The position numbers were made by a program, and so were the translations under genes. Below the pieces are notes generated by a model, which saw only the letters and a list, made by a program, of their open reading frames with translations, made no database searches and was not told the DNA's origin. This document shows positions 20,478-30,655 of a DNA stretch of 64,000 nucleotides, piece by piece. Source of the stretch: Planctomycetota bacterium (GTDB lineage: Bacteria; Planctomycetota; JAJSAM01; JAJVHW01). The DNA lies in the NCBI GenBank assembly GCA_965248445.1, contig CBDFJG010000003.1:416001-480000 (forward strand). The letters are read 5' to 3'. Every line of letters starts with the position of its first letter. Within the stretch, counting starts at the first letter, position 1.

Positions 20478-23027
20478 TCAGTACTTGAGCGTGCGCTTGT
20501 TCGCAGGCGACATGCGGATGTCCACGCTGCGGCTGTCCTGCCCGACCGCGATCTGGATGTTGTAGGGACCCTCGCCCGGCAGCGCGCCGAGCGTGAGTCC
20601 CTTGGCCTTAAGGAGCACCTGTTCCCTCAGGAAGTTGATCTGGAGCTTCGACACGCCCGGCGCGGACGGCGGGTTCCGGGCCACGTACACATCGCCCTTG
20701 CGGGTGAACTCGTTGCCCGGGATCGTCGCCTCGAACACTCCGCCGACCGAGATCGTCACGTCCGGCGCGGTGTCGGGCGTTCCGCCCTGCGTCGCCAGGC
20801 CCGCCAGGATCGACAACACGTCCTTGCCGTCGCCCTTGTGGACCTGCTTGACCTTGAACGGGAACACGTTCGGATTACTCAGCAGACCGCGGCGCTTGCC
20901 GAGCCTGTACCTGCCGCGCTCGAGCTCGACCGTCCCCGCGCCGGTGGCGCTCGCCGTCTCGAACTCGATCGTGATGTCACCCGAGTCCGGGACCTGGCCC
21001 ATGAAGTCGTCGGTGATCGTCAGCCTGAATTTGGCGCGCGAACTCCCGGAACGGTTCGGCTTGATGAGCAGGCGGGCGCCGCCGGACTTGAACTGGAACT
21101 TCGTGCCCTTGGTGTTCGGTTCGAGGTTCGCGGTGTACCCGAGGTCGCCGATCCTCACCGTCGCTGGTCCGGCCAGCGAGGCGCGTTCCGGTCCGGTGTC
21201 GAAGAACCCCGCGGCGTTGATCTTCGACTTCGCGGGGTTGTTCTCATTGAGCTTGACCTTCACCGTCTTTGGCAGGACGAACGACTGGATCGTGCCCGAT
21301 GCGTGGATCAGCAGCGACACGTCGCCACTCGTGCCGCCGATCGCGTCGCCGGACACGATGATCGCGTTCGTCGCGTCGATCAGCGCGCCGGAACCGCCGA
21401 AGCTCTCGAGCAGGATGCCGCCGGAGTCGATATCGCTCGAGAGCGTCGTGATCATCGCGTCCACCACGAGGATATCGCCGCCCTCCGAGATCATCGTGAC
21501 GTCGCCGGCGTTCCCTGCCTCCGCGTCGCCGGCGAACGAGATGTCGCCTTCGCAGTGCATCAGCAGGTCGCCGGAGCTCGCGTTGATCGTCGCTTGTAGG
21601 TCGATGCCGGCGGACCCCGCGACGAGCGATACGGCGTTGCCGAACACCTGCGGGCGCGGTCCCACGATCACGACCTCGGGAAAGCCGGTGCCCTGCACGG
21701 CCGCGATGCGCCCCGACGCGCCGACATCGACGTCGGAGTTCACGCTCTCGAGGTACGGGACGCCGTCCAGCAGCACTTCGCCGCCGAAGGCGCGGACCAC
21801 GACATCGCCGTCCTGGGCGCGGCAAAAACTGGCCCCCCAGACACGGACGTTCTGCGCGGACTCGACGAGGATGCCCCCGGCGCGTATGCACTCGACGCGC
21901 GCCTCCAGGCGGTCCGCGTCGTTGTCGAGCTCGACGCTCCCGCTGTGTGCGGAGACGCGGACGCCGCCGGCACCCTCCGACACAATCGCCCCGTAGTCGG
22001 AGACCACGACGGAGCCGCTCGCGGCAACGACCACCTCGCCGTCGCCCTCGGGTCCGCCGAAGGCGAGCCCGTCGGCGGCGTACACGCGGTTGCCGGCGAT
22101 CTCGACGTCCCCCCCGAACGCTTCGACCCGCAGGTCCGCAGCGAGGACGGTGATCGGCGAGTTCTGCAAGACCACGTCCTCCGAGGCCTCGATCAGCATG
22201 CGTCCGAACGTGTTGCTGCTCGTCTGGTCGAAGTCGATGTCGCCGCCGAACGCCTGCACGAGGGTCCTGACGGCGTCGAGAATGGTCGAGTCGAGGGAGA
22301 TGTGCGTCGACGACTGGATCTCCATGAACGAACCGGTCGTATCGAGAATGGAGTTGGCAATGTCGACTCCGTTGAGTCCCGACGTCGTTCCGTGCGAGCG
22401 GATGAAGAACTCCGAGCCCACCAGTTCGGCGGCGTGCGTCGGGGTGACTCCGTCCATGGGGACCATCTGGACGCCGATATCCACGCGATCCGCTTCGAGG
22501 GTCACGTGCAGCCCTCCGGTCTCGATGCCGGTGACGGGCGTGCTCCCCATGTCGTAGATCACGATCTCGTCGCCCGCGATGATCTCGATCTGTCCGAGGA
22601 TCACGCTGGTCTCGAGCCGTCCGGCAATCCGCACGGAGCCGGTCGCACGGATCGTCACCGCGTCGTCGTACGTGATGACCGAACCGTTCTCGACCGTGAA
22701 GTCCGTGTAGTTGTATGTGCCTCCGGGCAGCGACTGCGTGCTGTCGAGGGTCACCGCGCCGTCGCTGCCGTTCCCGGTGCTTGGCTTCTCCGGTAGCGGT
22801 CCCCCGTTCGCGCCCTGTGGCGGGATCGTGCCGAGCGGCGGCTTCGCGGGCGGCGTTGCCTCCGGCGCGCACTCGTCGATGGTGACGACGCCCTGCGCGT
22901 CCGCGGCACCAGCGTCGATCACGGCGCACGTCGTCACGATGGTGCCGACTCCGCCTGCGACGCTCGCGCAGAACAGGACGGTTGCCGCCGTGGCGGCAAG
23001 AGAGCTCCACCTGAGTCCTCGCATCAT
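20478..23027 (-). CDS. Large secreted protein with a probable beta-helix/adhesin-like repeat core and a basic C-terminal domain
   Basis: ATG 23027 with signal peptide; repeated AFGGDV/ASGxV-like strands; acidic core and Lys-rich C-terminal ~270 aa. Confidence 0.7.
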   Translation of the reverse strand: MMRGLRWSSLAATAATVLFCASVAGGVGTIVTTCAVIDAGAADAQGVVTIDECAPEATPPAKPPLGTIPPQGANGGPLPEKPSTGNGSDGAVTLDSTQSLPGGTYNYTDFTVENGSVITYDDAVTIRATGSVRIAGRLETSVILGQIEIIAGDEIVIYDMGSTPVTGIETGGLHVTLEADRVDIGVQMVPMDGVTPTHAAELVGSEFFIRSHGTTSGLNGVDIANSILDTTGSFMEIQSSTHISLDSTILDAVRTLVQAFGGDIDFDQTSSNTFGRMLIEASEDVVLQNSPITVLAADLRVEAFGGDVEIAGNRVYAADGLAFGGPEGDGEVVVAASGSVVVSDYGAIVSEGAGGVRVSAHSGSVELDNDADRLEARVECIRAGGILVESAQNVRVWGASFCRAQDGDVVVRAFGGEVLLDGVPYLESVNSDVDVGASGRIAAVQGTGFPEVVIVGPRPQVFGNAVSLVAGSAGIDLQATINASSGDLLMHCEGDISFAGDAEAGNAGDVTMISEGGDILVVDAMITTLSSDIDSGGILLESFGGSGALIDATNAIIVSGDAIGGTSGDVSLLIHASGTIQSFVLPKTVKVKLNENNPAKSKINAAGFFDTGPERASLAGPATVRIGDLGYTANLEPNTKGTKFQFKSGGARLLIKPNRSGSSRAKFRLTITDDFMGQVPDSGDITIEFETASATGAGTVELERGRYRLGKRRGLLSNPNVFPFKVKQVHKGDGKDVLSILAGLATQGGTPDTAPDVTISVGGVFEATIPGNEFTRKGDVYVARNPPSAPGVSKLQINFLREQVLLKAKGLTLGALPGEGPYNIQIAVGQDSRSVDIRMSPANKRTLKY

Positions 23028-23087
23028 CGTTCCCCTTGACCTGCCGAGAGGAGACGGATTCGGCGGTGCACTTCCCGCCTGTTCCCC

Positions 23088-23397
23088 CTGGGGTCCAAGG
23101 CGTCGAAAGCTGTTAACCAACGACGGCGCGTTCTGGTGAGCAATCGAGAGTTCGAGACGGAACGGACCGATTCCGGCGCTGTCGCGGGGTGTTGCGTCTG
23201 GACCCGAGAGCGAACGGGTGCGAACCGAGAGTCGGCCGTTGCGCGTAACCGTGTGCGGGCGCGGGACATGCGCGCGTTCTCTGCAAGGCGTTAACCACCC
23301 GGTCGGTTGGTTCGCGCGGGGTGGCGTTGGCTCCCCAGAGCCAACCCTCTTCAGAACCACTCGCAGAGTCGGCGAGGCTCAATCGGCTCGTTCGGGG
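23088..23397 (+). repeat. Repeat A copy 2 (near complete, left end missing)
   Basis: Colinear with 41397-41690, e.g. GAGCGAACGGGTGCGAACCGAGA, GCGCGGGACATGCGCGCGTTCTCTGCA, GTTAACCACCCGGTCGGTTGGTTCGCG. Confidence 0.9.
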
Positions 23398-23511
23398 TCG
23401 CCAGCGCGGCCATCGGCACGCAGGCGGGATGTACCCGCGATCGCTTGCTGGACATAGGCCAGGCCCCTCGTGACGGGAGGCCTGCCCATCGGGGCCGCGC
23501 GGGCCACGAGA

Positions 23512-23530
23512 GCATTCATGCACCAACGCC
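23512..23530. repeat. Repeat B: IS903-type MITE terminal repeat (solo)
   Basis: GCATTCATGCACCAACGCC is the reverse complement of the GGCGTTGGTGCATGAATGC end. Confidence 0.8.
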
Positions 23531-23543
23531 GGTCTGCCTTCCC

Positions 23544-26006
23544 TTACTGACCCCACATCGCCCGCAACGCACTGCCCGCCGCGACACGCAGCGAGGAGTC
23601 GGCCGTGTCATCACGGCCCACGGCATCGACGACGGGCGCTGCGTCGAGTGCCGCTGGGCCGAGTTCCCGCAGAGCTTCGATCGCGTGGAAGCGCAGAGCC
23701 CAGTGCTGTGCGTCGTCGGCGACGAGATCCGTGATGACCTGTAGCGCCGGGTCGTTGGCGGTCTGGGAGATCTGCAGCGCCGCCTGTGCGGCGCGCAGCC
23801 GCAGGTGCGGGTCGTCGGACTTCATGAGCGGCCGGAGCGTGTCCGGTCCGTGGAAGGCGACGCGCCCGATGCGCCCGAGGGCGCGCGCCACGACTGCGCG
23901 AGTCAGGTTCGCACGCGCGCTCTCGTCGATGCCGCCGCCCCAGAAGGAGACGCTCCCGAACCCCACCGGGAGTTCGTAGCTCGCGAGCTCTGCGTCGTTG
24001 CGTGCCAGCAACTCTCGCAGGACCGGCACGGCGCCCTCCGCCGTAGGGCCGATCCCGCCGAGTGCCTGCACGCATTCCAGGTCGCCGGCCGTGGCGCGCA
24101 CCACCATGAGCGGCACTGCCGGCCGCGCAAGCTCGCCGAGACCGCCGAGTGCGCGGAGGGCCAGCCGGCGCGTCTCGGCGGACTCCTCGAGGTTCCGGAG
24201 GGAGCGGTCGAGTAGCGGATCGAGCGCGCCGGGGCCCATCTGGCCGAGCGCGTCGGCAACCGGCTCCGCACTCTCCCCCGGAGGACCGTCGATCACGGCC
24301 AGCATCACGTCCAGCGCCGCCCCCGCGGCCTCCGGGCCGATCGCACCGATCACCGTCGCCGCCTGCGGCATCCGCGGACCTTCGCCGGCGATCAGCGTTG
24401 CCATCTCGGGCGCGACGGGCAACGCTGCGCGCCCCATGCGCCGAAGCACGTCGAGCGCGAGGACGGCCCGCGGCTCCGCCGGCCCGCTCGCAGCCTCGAC
24501 GAGCGCCGCCAGGTTCTCGTCCGTCGCAGCGTGCGGACCGAGCGCCCGGGTCACCTCGTAGTGCACGTGCGTGAGCTTGACGGGGCGACCATCCTCGTGG
24601 GCATCGTCCCAGGCATCGAGGATCTCGGCGACCGGCGCGTCGCGGGACCGCGCGAGGTCGAGCAAGCGCGCCCGGGCCTGGTCGCCGTAGGGTTCGAGTT
24701 CCCCGTAGAGCCGGGCGATGCGAAACAGCGTCGGCACGTCGTCCGCGAGTTCGGGCTGGGCGCGCCACCGCGCCGCAAGGGCCCACTCCGGCAGGCCGTA
24801 GACCTCGCTCGTCTCGAGTTCACGCAGGCGGGAAGCCGCGTCCGCCGGCGGCCCGAGGACCGTCAGCGCTTGCACCGCCGCCCTCAGCACCCTCGCGTCG
24901 GCGTCCATGAGTGCCCGCACCAGCGCCGCGACTGCGTCGTCAGGGCTGCGCCCGATCCGCCTGAGCGCACGCACGGCCGACAGCCGCACCTCCGGCGCCG
25001 GGTCCTCGGTGACGAGACGCGCAACGTCCGGGACAGCCGCGCGCGCGCCGTCCCCCAGCTCGGCGAGCGCGTTGACCGCGACACGCCGGGCTCGCGGGGT
25101 TTCGTACGTCAGGAACTCCCTCAGCGTCTCGACGGTCTGCGGGTCCTCGGGCGCCACCCGCGCCAGGGCTCCGATCGCGGCCGACCGCTGTCCGGGATCG
25201 GTGGTCGAGAGCGCCTCGCGCACGGCCGCGACGACCTCCTCGCCGGCCGGACCGTTCCTACCGAGCCGCTCGATGACGGCCGCGCGCACGGACGCGGAAC
25301 GGTGGCGCGCCTCGGCCAGCAGGAGCGGCGTCGCCTCGCGCAGCCCGTGGCGGATGGCGTCGAGCGCCTGAGGCACGGAGTAGGACCCGCTGGTCACCTC
25401 GTAGAGCGTGATGAGTGCCGGGATCGCCGGCCGCGCGCCCGGGCCGATGTCCTCGAGCGCTCCTGCCGCGCGCTCGTAGACGTGACGGTCCGGGTCGCCC
25501 AGGGCCCAGACGAGCTCAGGGACGGCAGGCGCGGCGCCCTTGCGTAAGCGCCGGAGCGCCGCGGCGGCGTCGCTGCGGTCCGCCGCATCAGGCGACACCA
25601 ATCTACGGCGCAGAGCATCGTGGCCGCCCTCGGTCGACAGTTCGGCGAGCACGAGCGTTGCCTGGCAGCGCAGGGCGATCACAGGATCGCGCGAGCGGGC
25701 GCCCCGCTCCATCGCGGCGCGCATCTCGCCGACGCGCAGCGGTTCGAACACCAGCACGCGCGAGGCTGCCCTGCGAGCGAGGTCGTCCTGGCTGGCGAGC
25801 GCGGCGGCAAGGGCGGCGAAGGCGCGCTGGCCCTCGTCGCCTCCGGCGCGGACCTGCCGGTGGAGCGTCATGGCGGCGTCGCGCCGTTGCTCGCGAGTGC
25901 CGGTCTGCAGCGGAGCGGCGTCCTGGGCGGGGGCAACCGTGGCTCCGGCCACGAGAACGGCAGTGCTGATGGCGACGGCAACGGCGAGCCGAGCGGGCTT
26001 CTTCAT
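23544..26006 (-). CDS. Secreted HEAT-repeat protein
   Basis: ATG 26006 with GGAGG RBS and signal peptide; many AVPxLxxxLxD...R..A..AL..IG repeats. Confidence 0.85.
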   Translation of the reverse strand: MKKPARLAVAVAISTAVLVAGATVAPAQDAAPLQTGTREQRRDAAMTLHRQVRAGGDEGQRAFAALAAALASQDDLARRAASRVLVFEPLRVGEMRAAMERGARSRDPVIALRCQATLVLAELSTEGGHDALRRRLVSPDAADRSDAAAALRRLRKGAAPAVPELVWALGDPDRHVYERAAGALEDIGPGARPAIPALITLYEVTSGSYSVPQALDAIRHGLREATPLLLAEARHRSASVRAAVIERLGRNGPAGEEVVAAVREALSTTDPGQRSAAIGALARVAPEDPQTVETLREFLTYETPRARRVAVNALAELGDGARAAVPDVARLVTEDPAPEVRLSAVRALRRIGRSPDDAVAALVRALMDADARVLRAAVQALTVLGPPADAASRLRELETSEVYGLPEWALAARWRAQPELADDVPTLFRIARLYGELEPYGDQARARLLDLARSRDAPVAEILDAWDDAHEDGRPVKLTHVHYEVTRALGPHAATDENLAALVEAASGPAEPRAVLALDVLRRMGRAALPVAPEMATLIAGEGPRMPQAATVIGAIGPEAAGAALDVMLAVIDGPPGESAEPVADALGQMGPGALDPLLDRSLRNLEESAETRRLALRALGGLGELARPAVPLMVVRATAGDLECVQALGGIGPTAEGAVPVLRELLARNDAELASYELPVGFGSVSFWGGGIDESARANLTRAVVARALGRIGRVAFHGPDTLRPLMKSDDPHLRLRAAQAALQISQTANDPALQVITDLVADDAQHWALRFHAIEALRELGPAALDAAPVVDAVGRDDTADSSLRVAAGSALRAMWGQ

Positions 26007-26074
26007 CGCGACCTCCGGGAGAGAGTCCCCATCAACCCTAACGTTCGGCGTCGTCGGGAACTTTGGTCGGGCGC

Positions 26075-26193
26075 GGCGTTGGTGCGTGAATGCCTCCTGG
26101 CGTCCGCGTGCTGCCAGTCGTGCCCGAGCCGAAGCCACGTCGCGCTGGCTCAGGCTCGGCAGACGCGCCGCCCGGCACTCATGCACCAACGCC
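26075..26193. mobile_element. 119-bp MITE (repeat B) with IS903-type ends
   Basis: GGCGTTGGTGCGTGAATGCC ... GGCACTCATGCACCAACGCC; interior homologous to 35837-35969; no TSD seen. Confidence 0.85.
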
Positions 26194-26340
26194 CCGAATC
26201 GGCCGCGGTGTCTACCGTGTTTCGCGTCGTTCGAGGCGAGACGCCGCCTCCCTTGGTTCGCGGCGTTCGACGGTGACGATCGTGTGACGCCGGGGACGAA
26301 CAACGGGCCCGTAACATCAACAGCGGATGGGAGAGCCGAC

Positions 26341-28227
26341 ATGAGACGCCTTGCAGCCGGTCTGCTCGCCGCGGGGCTTCTCGTCACCGGCTGCGGCGAC
26401 GGCGCGTCCTCGCCGTCCGACGCGCAGTCGCCGCCCGCCGCGCCCGCGGCGGCGGAGACGCCGCGGCCGATCGAGGACCGCGTCGCCAACGCTCTGCGCG
26501 TGGCGCGGGACGAGGGAACGCACTGGCACCGCACGGACGCGCTGGTTCGTCTCGGCGAGGAAGCCGCCGCTCCGCTCTCCTCGATGGTCCGTGACTCCGA
26601 ACACGGCGCCGAGACCCGAGTGCTCGCGGCGCAGGCCCTCGGACGGATCGGCGGCGCCGACGCCGCGGGCACGCTACGCGCGCTCATGACCGACGAGGCC
26701 GCACCCGAAGTGCTGCGCAACGCCGCCACCGAAGCGCTGTGCGTCCTCGGCGAGCGCGAGCCGGTCGAGCGTCGGATCGCCTCATGGCGCAAGCGCTACG
26801 CGGAGATCTCGATCGCCCGCGCTGGCGCAAGGCAGCGCATCGCCAAGACGCTGTACGCCAGCGGCCAGTTCCGGGCCGGTGCCGACGCCTGGCGCGCGCT
26901 CGCACGTGCTGAAGACGACCCGGACCGCCGCTGGGCCTACGCGTACGACTGGGCGTGCTGCGCCGCGCTCGCCGGCGCAAAGGACGAGGCGCTCGAAGCC
27001 GTCGCGTTGGCGGTCGAGTCGGAGCGGACAGACCTCGACTGGATGGCGCGGGACGGCGACCTGCGTACGCTCCACGACGATGCACGCTTCGACGCGCTCC
27101 TCGCCGCGGCGCGCGAGAAGCGTGGGGGAATCCCGTCGGAGACGGGCACGGCGACCGCGGCCTCGTCGCTCGAGGGAGAGCCCGGATTCGCCGAGTACGC
27201 CGCACTCCGCGCCGAGTACTGGGACGGCGCGTTCGACCGCCACATCGAGGAGAACAACCGGTACTGGGGCGGTTACGACGACTTTCTGGAGGCCGAGGGA
27301 AAGAGCCGCACGCCGGAGGCGGCCGCCGCCTACATGGAACGAAACGGCCCGCCACCCGAGGACCCCTCGCCGGAGTACGCGAAGAAGTACCGCACACTAC
27401 TCGTGCGCTACCCCGCAGGCCGCGTCGGCGCCAAGCTCCGCGCGAGTCTGTTGACGATCTACTCGAACGCCCAGAACCACGCGGACTGGGTCGAGCTCTA
27501 CCTCGAGGCGATGGAGCTACCGGAACACGAGAGCGTGGTCGGCGAGAACGCGGGCACCGCGATGTGGGGATCCGACGGCGTCGAGCGTCGGGACGAGATG
27601 CGGGCGCGCCTTCGCACGTGGCTCGCGGCCCATCCCGAGGGCGAACCCGCCGCGCAGATCCGCTCCGCGCTCGCCGAGGACCTAAAGGGCTCGGGAGACA
27701 CCGCCGCCGCCCGCGCCGCGTTCGAGGAGATCGTCCGGCTCCACCCCGGCACCCGGCAGGCGAAGGAGGCCAAGGGCGCGCTCTACGAGCTGGACACGCT
27801 CGCCGTCGGCATGCCCGCGCCCGGGTTCGAGGCGAAGGACATCCACGGCGGAGCGATCTCCCTCGCCGCCCTGCGCGGCAAGGTCGTGCTGCTCGACTTC
27901 TGGGCGACGTGGTGCGGCCCGTGCATCGGGGAGCTGCCGAGCCTCATCGCCCTGCACGAGCGCTTCGAGGGCCCCGACTTCGCCCTCGTCGGCATCTCGC
28001 TCGACGAGGACGGCATCGCGCTCGTCGACTTCCTCGAAGAGGAGGACATGCCCTGGCCGCAGGTGTGTGACCTCGGCGGCTTCGAGGGCGAGGTCCCGCG
28101 CCTCTACAACGTCCGCGGCATACCGCACACCGTCCTCGTCGGGCCCGACGGCCGCATCCTCGCCCGCGACCTGCGCGGCGACGAACTCGCGGCCGCCGTC
28201 GAGAAGGCGCTCGCCGCGACGCGCTAG
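26341..28227 (+). CDS. Lipoprotein with HEAT/TPR regions and a C-terminal TlpA/redoxin domain
   Basis: Lipobox LVTGC; GKVVLLDFWATWCGPC; IPHT. Confidence 0.88.
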   Translation: MRRLAAGLLAAGLLVTGCGDGASSPSDAQSPPAAPAAAETPRPIEDRVANALRVARDEGTHWHRTDALVRLGEEAAAPLSSMVRDSEHGAETRVLAAQALGRIGGADAAGTLRALMTDEAAPEVLRNAATEALCVLGEREPVERRIASWRKRYAEISIARAGARQRIAKTLYASGQFRAGADAWRALARAEDDPDRRWAYAYDWACCAALAGAKDEALEAVALAVESERTDLDWMARDGDLRTLHDDARFDALLAAAREKRGGIPSETGTATAASSLEGEPGFAEYAALRAEYWDGAFDRHIEENNRYWGGYDDFLEAEGKSRTPEAAAAYMERNGPPPEDPSPEYAKKYRTLLVRYPAGRVGAKLRASLLTIYSNAQNHADWVELYLEAMELPEHESVVGENAGTAMWGSDGVERRDEMRARLRTWLAAHPEGEPAAQIRSALAEDLKGSGDTAAARAAFEEIVRLHPGTRQAKEAKGALYELDTLAVGMPAPGFEAKDIHGGAISLAALRGKVVLLDFWATWCGPCIGELPSLIALHERFEGPDFALVGISLDEDGIALVDFLEEEDMPWPQVCDLGGFEGEVPRLYNVRGIPHTVLVGPDGRILARDLRGDELAAAVEKALAATR

Positions 28228-28340
28228 CTGTAGGAACCGAGCAGGTTGTGAACACCCCCGGGTCTCCGGGTCAGATGGGGATTGGAAACAGCCCCACTGA
28301 CCTTGAGCCTCCGCAAGCCAGGGTTCTCTCCCACGCGGTA

Positions 28341-28356
28341 CTCATGCACCAACGCC
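28341..28356. repeat. Repeat B solo end
   Basis: CTCATGCACCAACGCC. Confidence 0.7.
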
Positions 28357-28505
28357 CGGTTGCCGGCTCATGCATCCATGCCGCTGCCGCCCGTGGGTCT
28401 GCGCTGACCCCGTAGCGAAGCGGACCGACGGATCCGACCCACCGAAGCTGGTTCCGGTCTGTCGGCAGCGCATCTCCGTCCTGGGCGCTACGATCGCCAC
28501 CTCAC

Positions 28506-30320
28506 ATGACTACGACCACGGACCGCCGGTCGACGCTCGTTCGCCCGTGCTCCCCCGTCATCGTGACTCTGCTCGTCGCCGCCAGCGCGCTCTTGGCGCT
28601 GCCTCGCGCGAACGCATCCAAGGACAACGAGAAGTGGGAGACGAAACTCACCCTCAACTGTCCGACGGATGGCGCCGTTGCGTACATCGACGGCGAACTC
28701 TGGGGGGCATTGCCCAAGACAAGTGTGCAGCCCAAGAAGTCCGGCAGCGTGAAGGTCGTGGTGCTCTGCGAGGACTACGCGGTGCTGCGTCGCCGGGTAG
28801 CCCTCCGGGGTTCATCGGACACGGTCGTCACCCTGCCGGCACTCAAACCCGCGTCGTGGCCAACGCTCGAGTCGGGCGACGGTTTCTCCGTCGCGTGGGA
28901 GTCCAAGGACCTCGGCTGGTTCGACGGCGGCACGGCGCCGCCGGGCGCCGGTCGGCTTGCGCTCGGCCGCCGCGGCCGCGTCACGCAATTCGGGTCCGCG
29001 CGGAAGCTCGATCCCGGCGAGGTGGTGCGGGGCGAGCCGAGCGACTGGGAGCCGCGGCCGGCCATGCTCGATCTGTGGGACGCCGCACACGGCACGACCG
29101 TGCGCCTCGATGGGGAGGACGTGAAGGACGGCGCCCCGGTCGCACTCGGCTCCCACGCGTTGCGCGTCTTCGCCAACCGGAAGCGGCAGGACGTAACCAT
29201 CGAGGTCCTGCCGGGCCAGCGCGTCGTGCGCGTGCCTCCTCTGTTCTCGGATCCAGATCCGATCGCCGCGGCACACACGTGGCTCGCAACGCACCAGGCA
29301 CCGGACGGACGCTGGTCGTCGTCGCGCATGAAGTGCTCGTGCGCGCCCCGTTGCGAGCCCGGCGCAGCGGGGCTCGACGTCGGCGTGACAGGCCTCGCGC
29401 TGCTCGCGTTGCTCGACGGTGGGAACACGCCCACGGCAGGGCCGCACGCCGACGCGGTCGCGAAGGGGCTCGGGTTCCTGATGAAGGCGCAGTCCGAAGA
29501 CGGCTTCTTCCAGCCCGCCGGGGCGCGCGGCGCGACGTTTGCCCAGCCAATCGCAGAGCTTGCCGTCCTCGAAGCGTGGGGGGCGACCGGCGACGAGAAG
29601 TTCGCGGCGGCGGCTGAGCGCGGTCTCGCCGCCATCTACAAGTGCCAGAATCCCTACCTCGCATGGCGCTATGGCGTTCGGGACGGCGACAACGACACGG
29701 CCGTGACCGTGTGGATGACGCTCGCCATCTCCACAGCCGCGCGGATGGATCTGGGCCTCGCGCCATTCTCCGACGTGCGCCCAGACTCGCGCACCGCCGT
29801 CCTCTCTCTGCGGGGCGCGCATCACTGGTTCGCCAAGATGACCGATCCGTCGACCGGCAACATCGGATACCAGAGACGCGGAGGTGGCCGCGCGTACCGG
29901 CCGAAAGAGAGCGGACGCTCCAGCGACATGCGCAACCTGCGATCGGGCGACTGGTCTCTCACCGCGATGGCGATGCTTGCGAAGAGGCGCATCGCCCGGG
30001 TGAACGGCGAGGACCCGGACACCCCGGACACCGAGTACGCCTCCGACCTCTCGCTCGCCGGCATTGCCGAGAACGCGCCATTCGCGGACCCGGACCCACA
30101 GGTCTACTTCGACGTCCACGCGGCCTGGTTCGGGGCGCGTGTCCTGCGCTCGGCGCGGAGCGCCTGGCCCCGACGCTGGAAAGACGGCATGCAGCGGCTC
30201 GCGGGTCTGCAGAGGAGCAACGGTTCCTTCGAACCGGACCGCGCGTTCAGCGCCACGGGCGGCTCGGTCTTCACGACGTCAATGGCCGCTCTCGCGCTCC
30301 AGCAGTGGCTTCGCCAGTGA
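28506..30320 (+). CDS. Secreted prenyltransferase/squalene-oxidase-repeat protein with a PEGA-like N-terminal region
   Basis: WLATHQAPDGRW, VGVTGLALLAL, AQSEDG, WRYG..DNDT, QRSNGSF..GG..FTT; the start may be slightly downstream. Confidence 0.8.
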   Translation: MTTTTDRRSTLVRPCSPVIVTLLVAASALLALPRANASKDNEKWETKLTLNCPTDGAVAYIDGELWGALPKTSVQPKKSGSVKVVVLCEDYAVLRRRVALRGSSDTVVTLPALKPASWPTLESGDGFSVAWESKDLGWFDGGTAPPGAGRLALGRRGRVTQFGSARKLDPGEVVRGEPSDWEPRPAMLDLWDAAHGTTVRLDGEDVKDGAPVALGSHALRVFANRKRQDVTIEVLPGQRVVRVPPLFSDPDPIAAAHTWLATHQAPDGRWSSSRMKCSCAPRCEPGAAGLDVGVTGLALLALLDGGNTPTAGPHADAVAKGLGFLMKAQSEDGFFQPAGARGATFAQPIAELAVLEAWGATGDEKFAAAAERGLAAIYKCQNPYLAWRYGVRDGDNDTAVTVWMTLAISTAARMDLGLAPFSDVRPDSRTAVLSLRGAHHWFAKMTDPSTGNIGYQRRGGGRAYRPKESGRSSDMRNLRSGDWSLTAMAMLAKRRIARVNGEDPDTPDTEYASDLSLAGIAENAPFADPDPQVYFDVHAAWFGARVLRSARSAWPRRWKDGMQRLAGLQRSNGSFEPDRAFSATGGSVFTTSMAALALQQWLRQ

Positions 30321-30492
30321 GGCGCGTCCGCGATCGGGAGACATGCCGACACGGAGGCGTTGCCGGCCGGGTTCGTGCCGGATCGGCCGGTAGACGACGC
30401 GAATCGCTGGCGCGTGCTCGACAGTTGCCGGTTCATGCCCCAACCCCGGTGGCAGGAGGTTCGCCCATGGGGACCTGGCGCGCTACCAGAGG

Positions 30493-30546
30493 CCAGGGCA
30501 GCCCAGGCTCGACGCGGCCGCCAGGGGGCATTCATGCACCAACGCC
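30493..30546 (-). repeat. Repeat B partial MITE (inverted)
   Basis: Reverse complement GGCGTTGGTGCATGAATGCCCCCTGGCGGCCGCGTCGAGCCTG matches the left end of the 35837 MITE. Confidence 0.8.
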
Positions 30547-30655
30547 CCGATGACGAGTGACTCGGGCCGGGCGTCGCCACCGTCATTTACATCGGCACGT
30601 GGAATGCGACGGTCGCGACCGTATGCTCACTCGGGGAGTGAGAGGGTGCGTAGAC

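Noticed and set aside
23321..23352. TGGCTCCCC in repeat A as a tRNA-derived att site
   Set aside because: No cloverleaf or T-loop consensus could be built; no tRNA or rRNA was recognised anywhere in the window.
23028..23360. Long N-terminal extensions of ORFs 20478-23360, 23544-26792 and 25540-28227
   Set aside because: They read through non-coding repeats or the opposite gene; better starts with signal peptides exist at 23027, 26006 and 26341.
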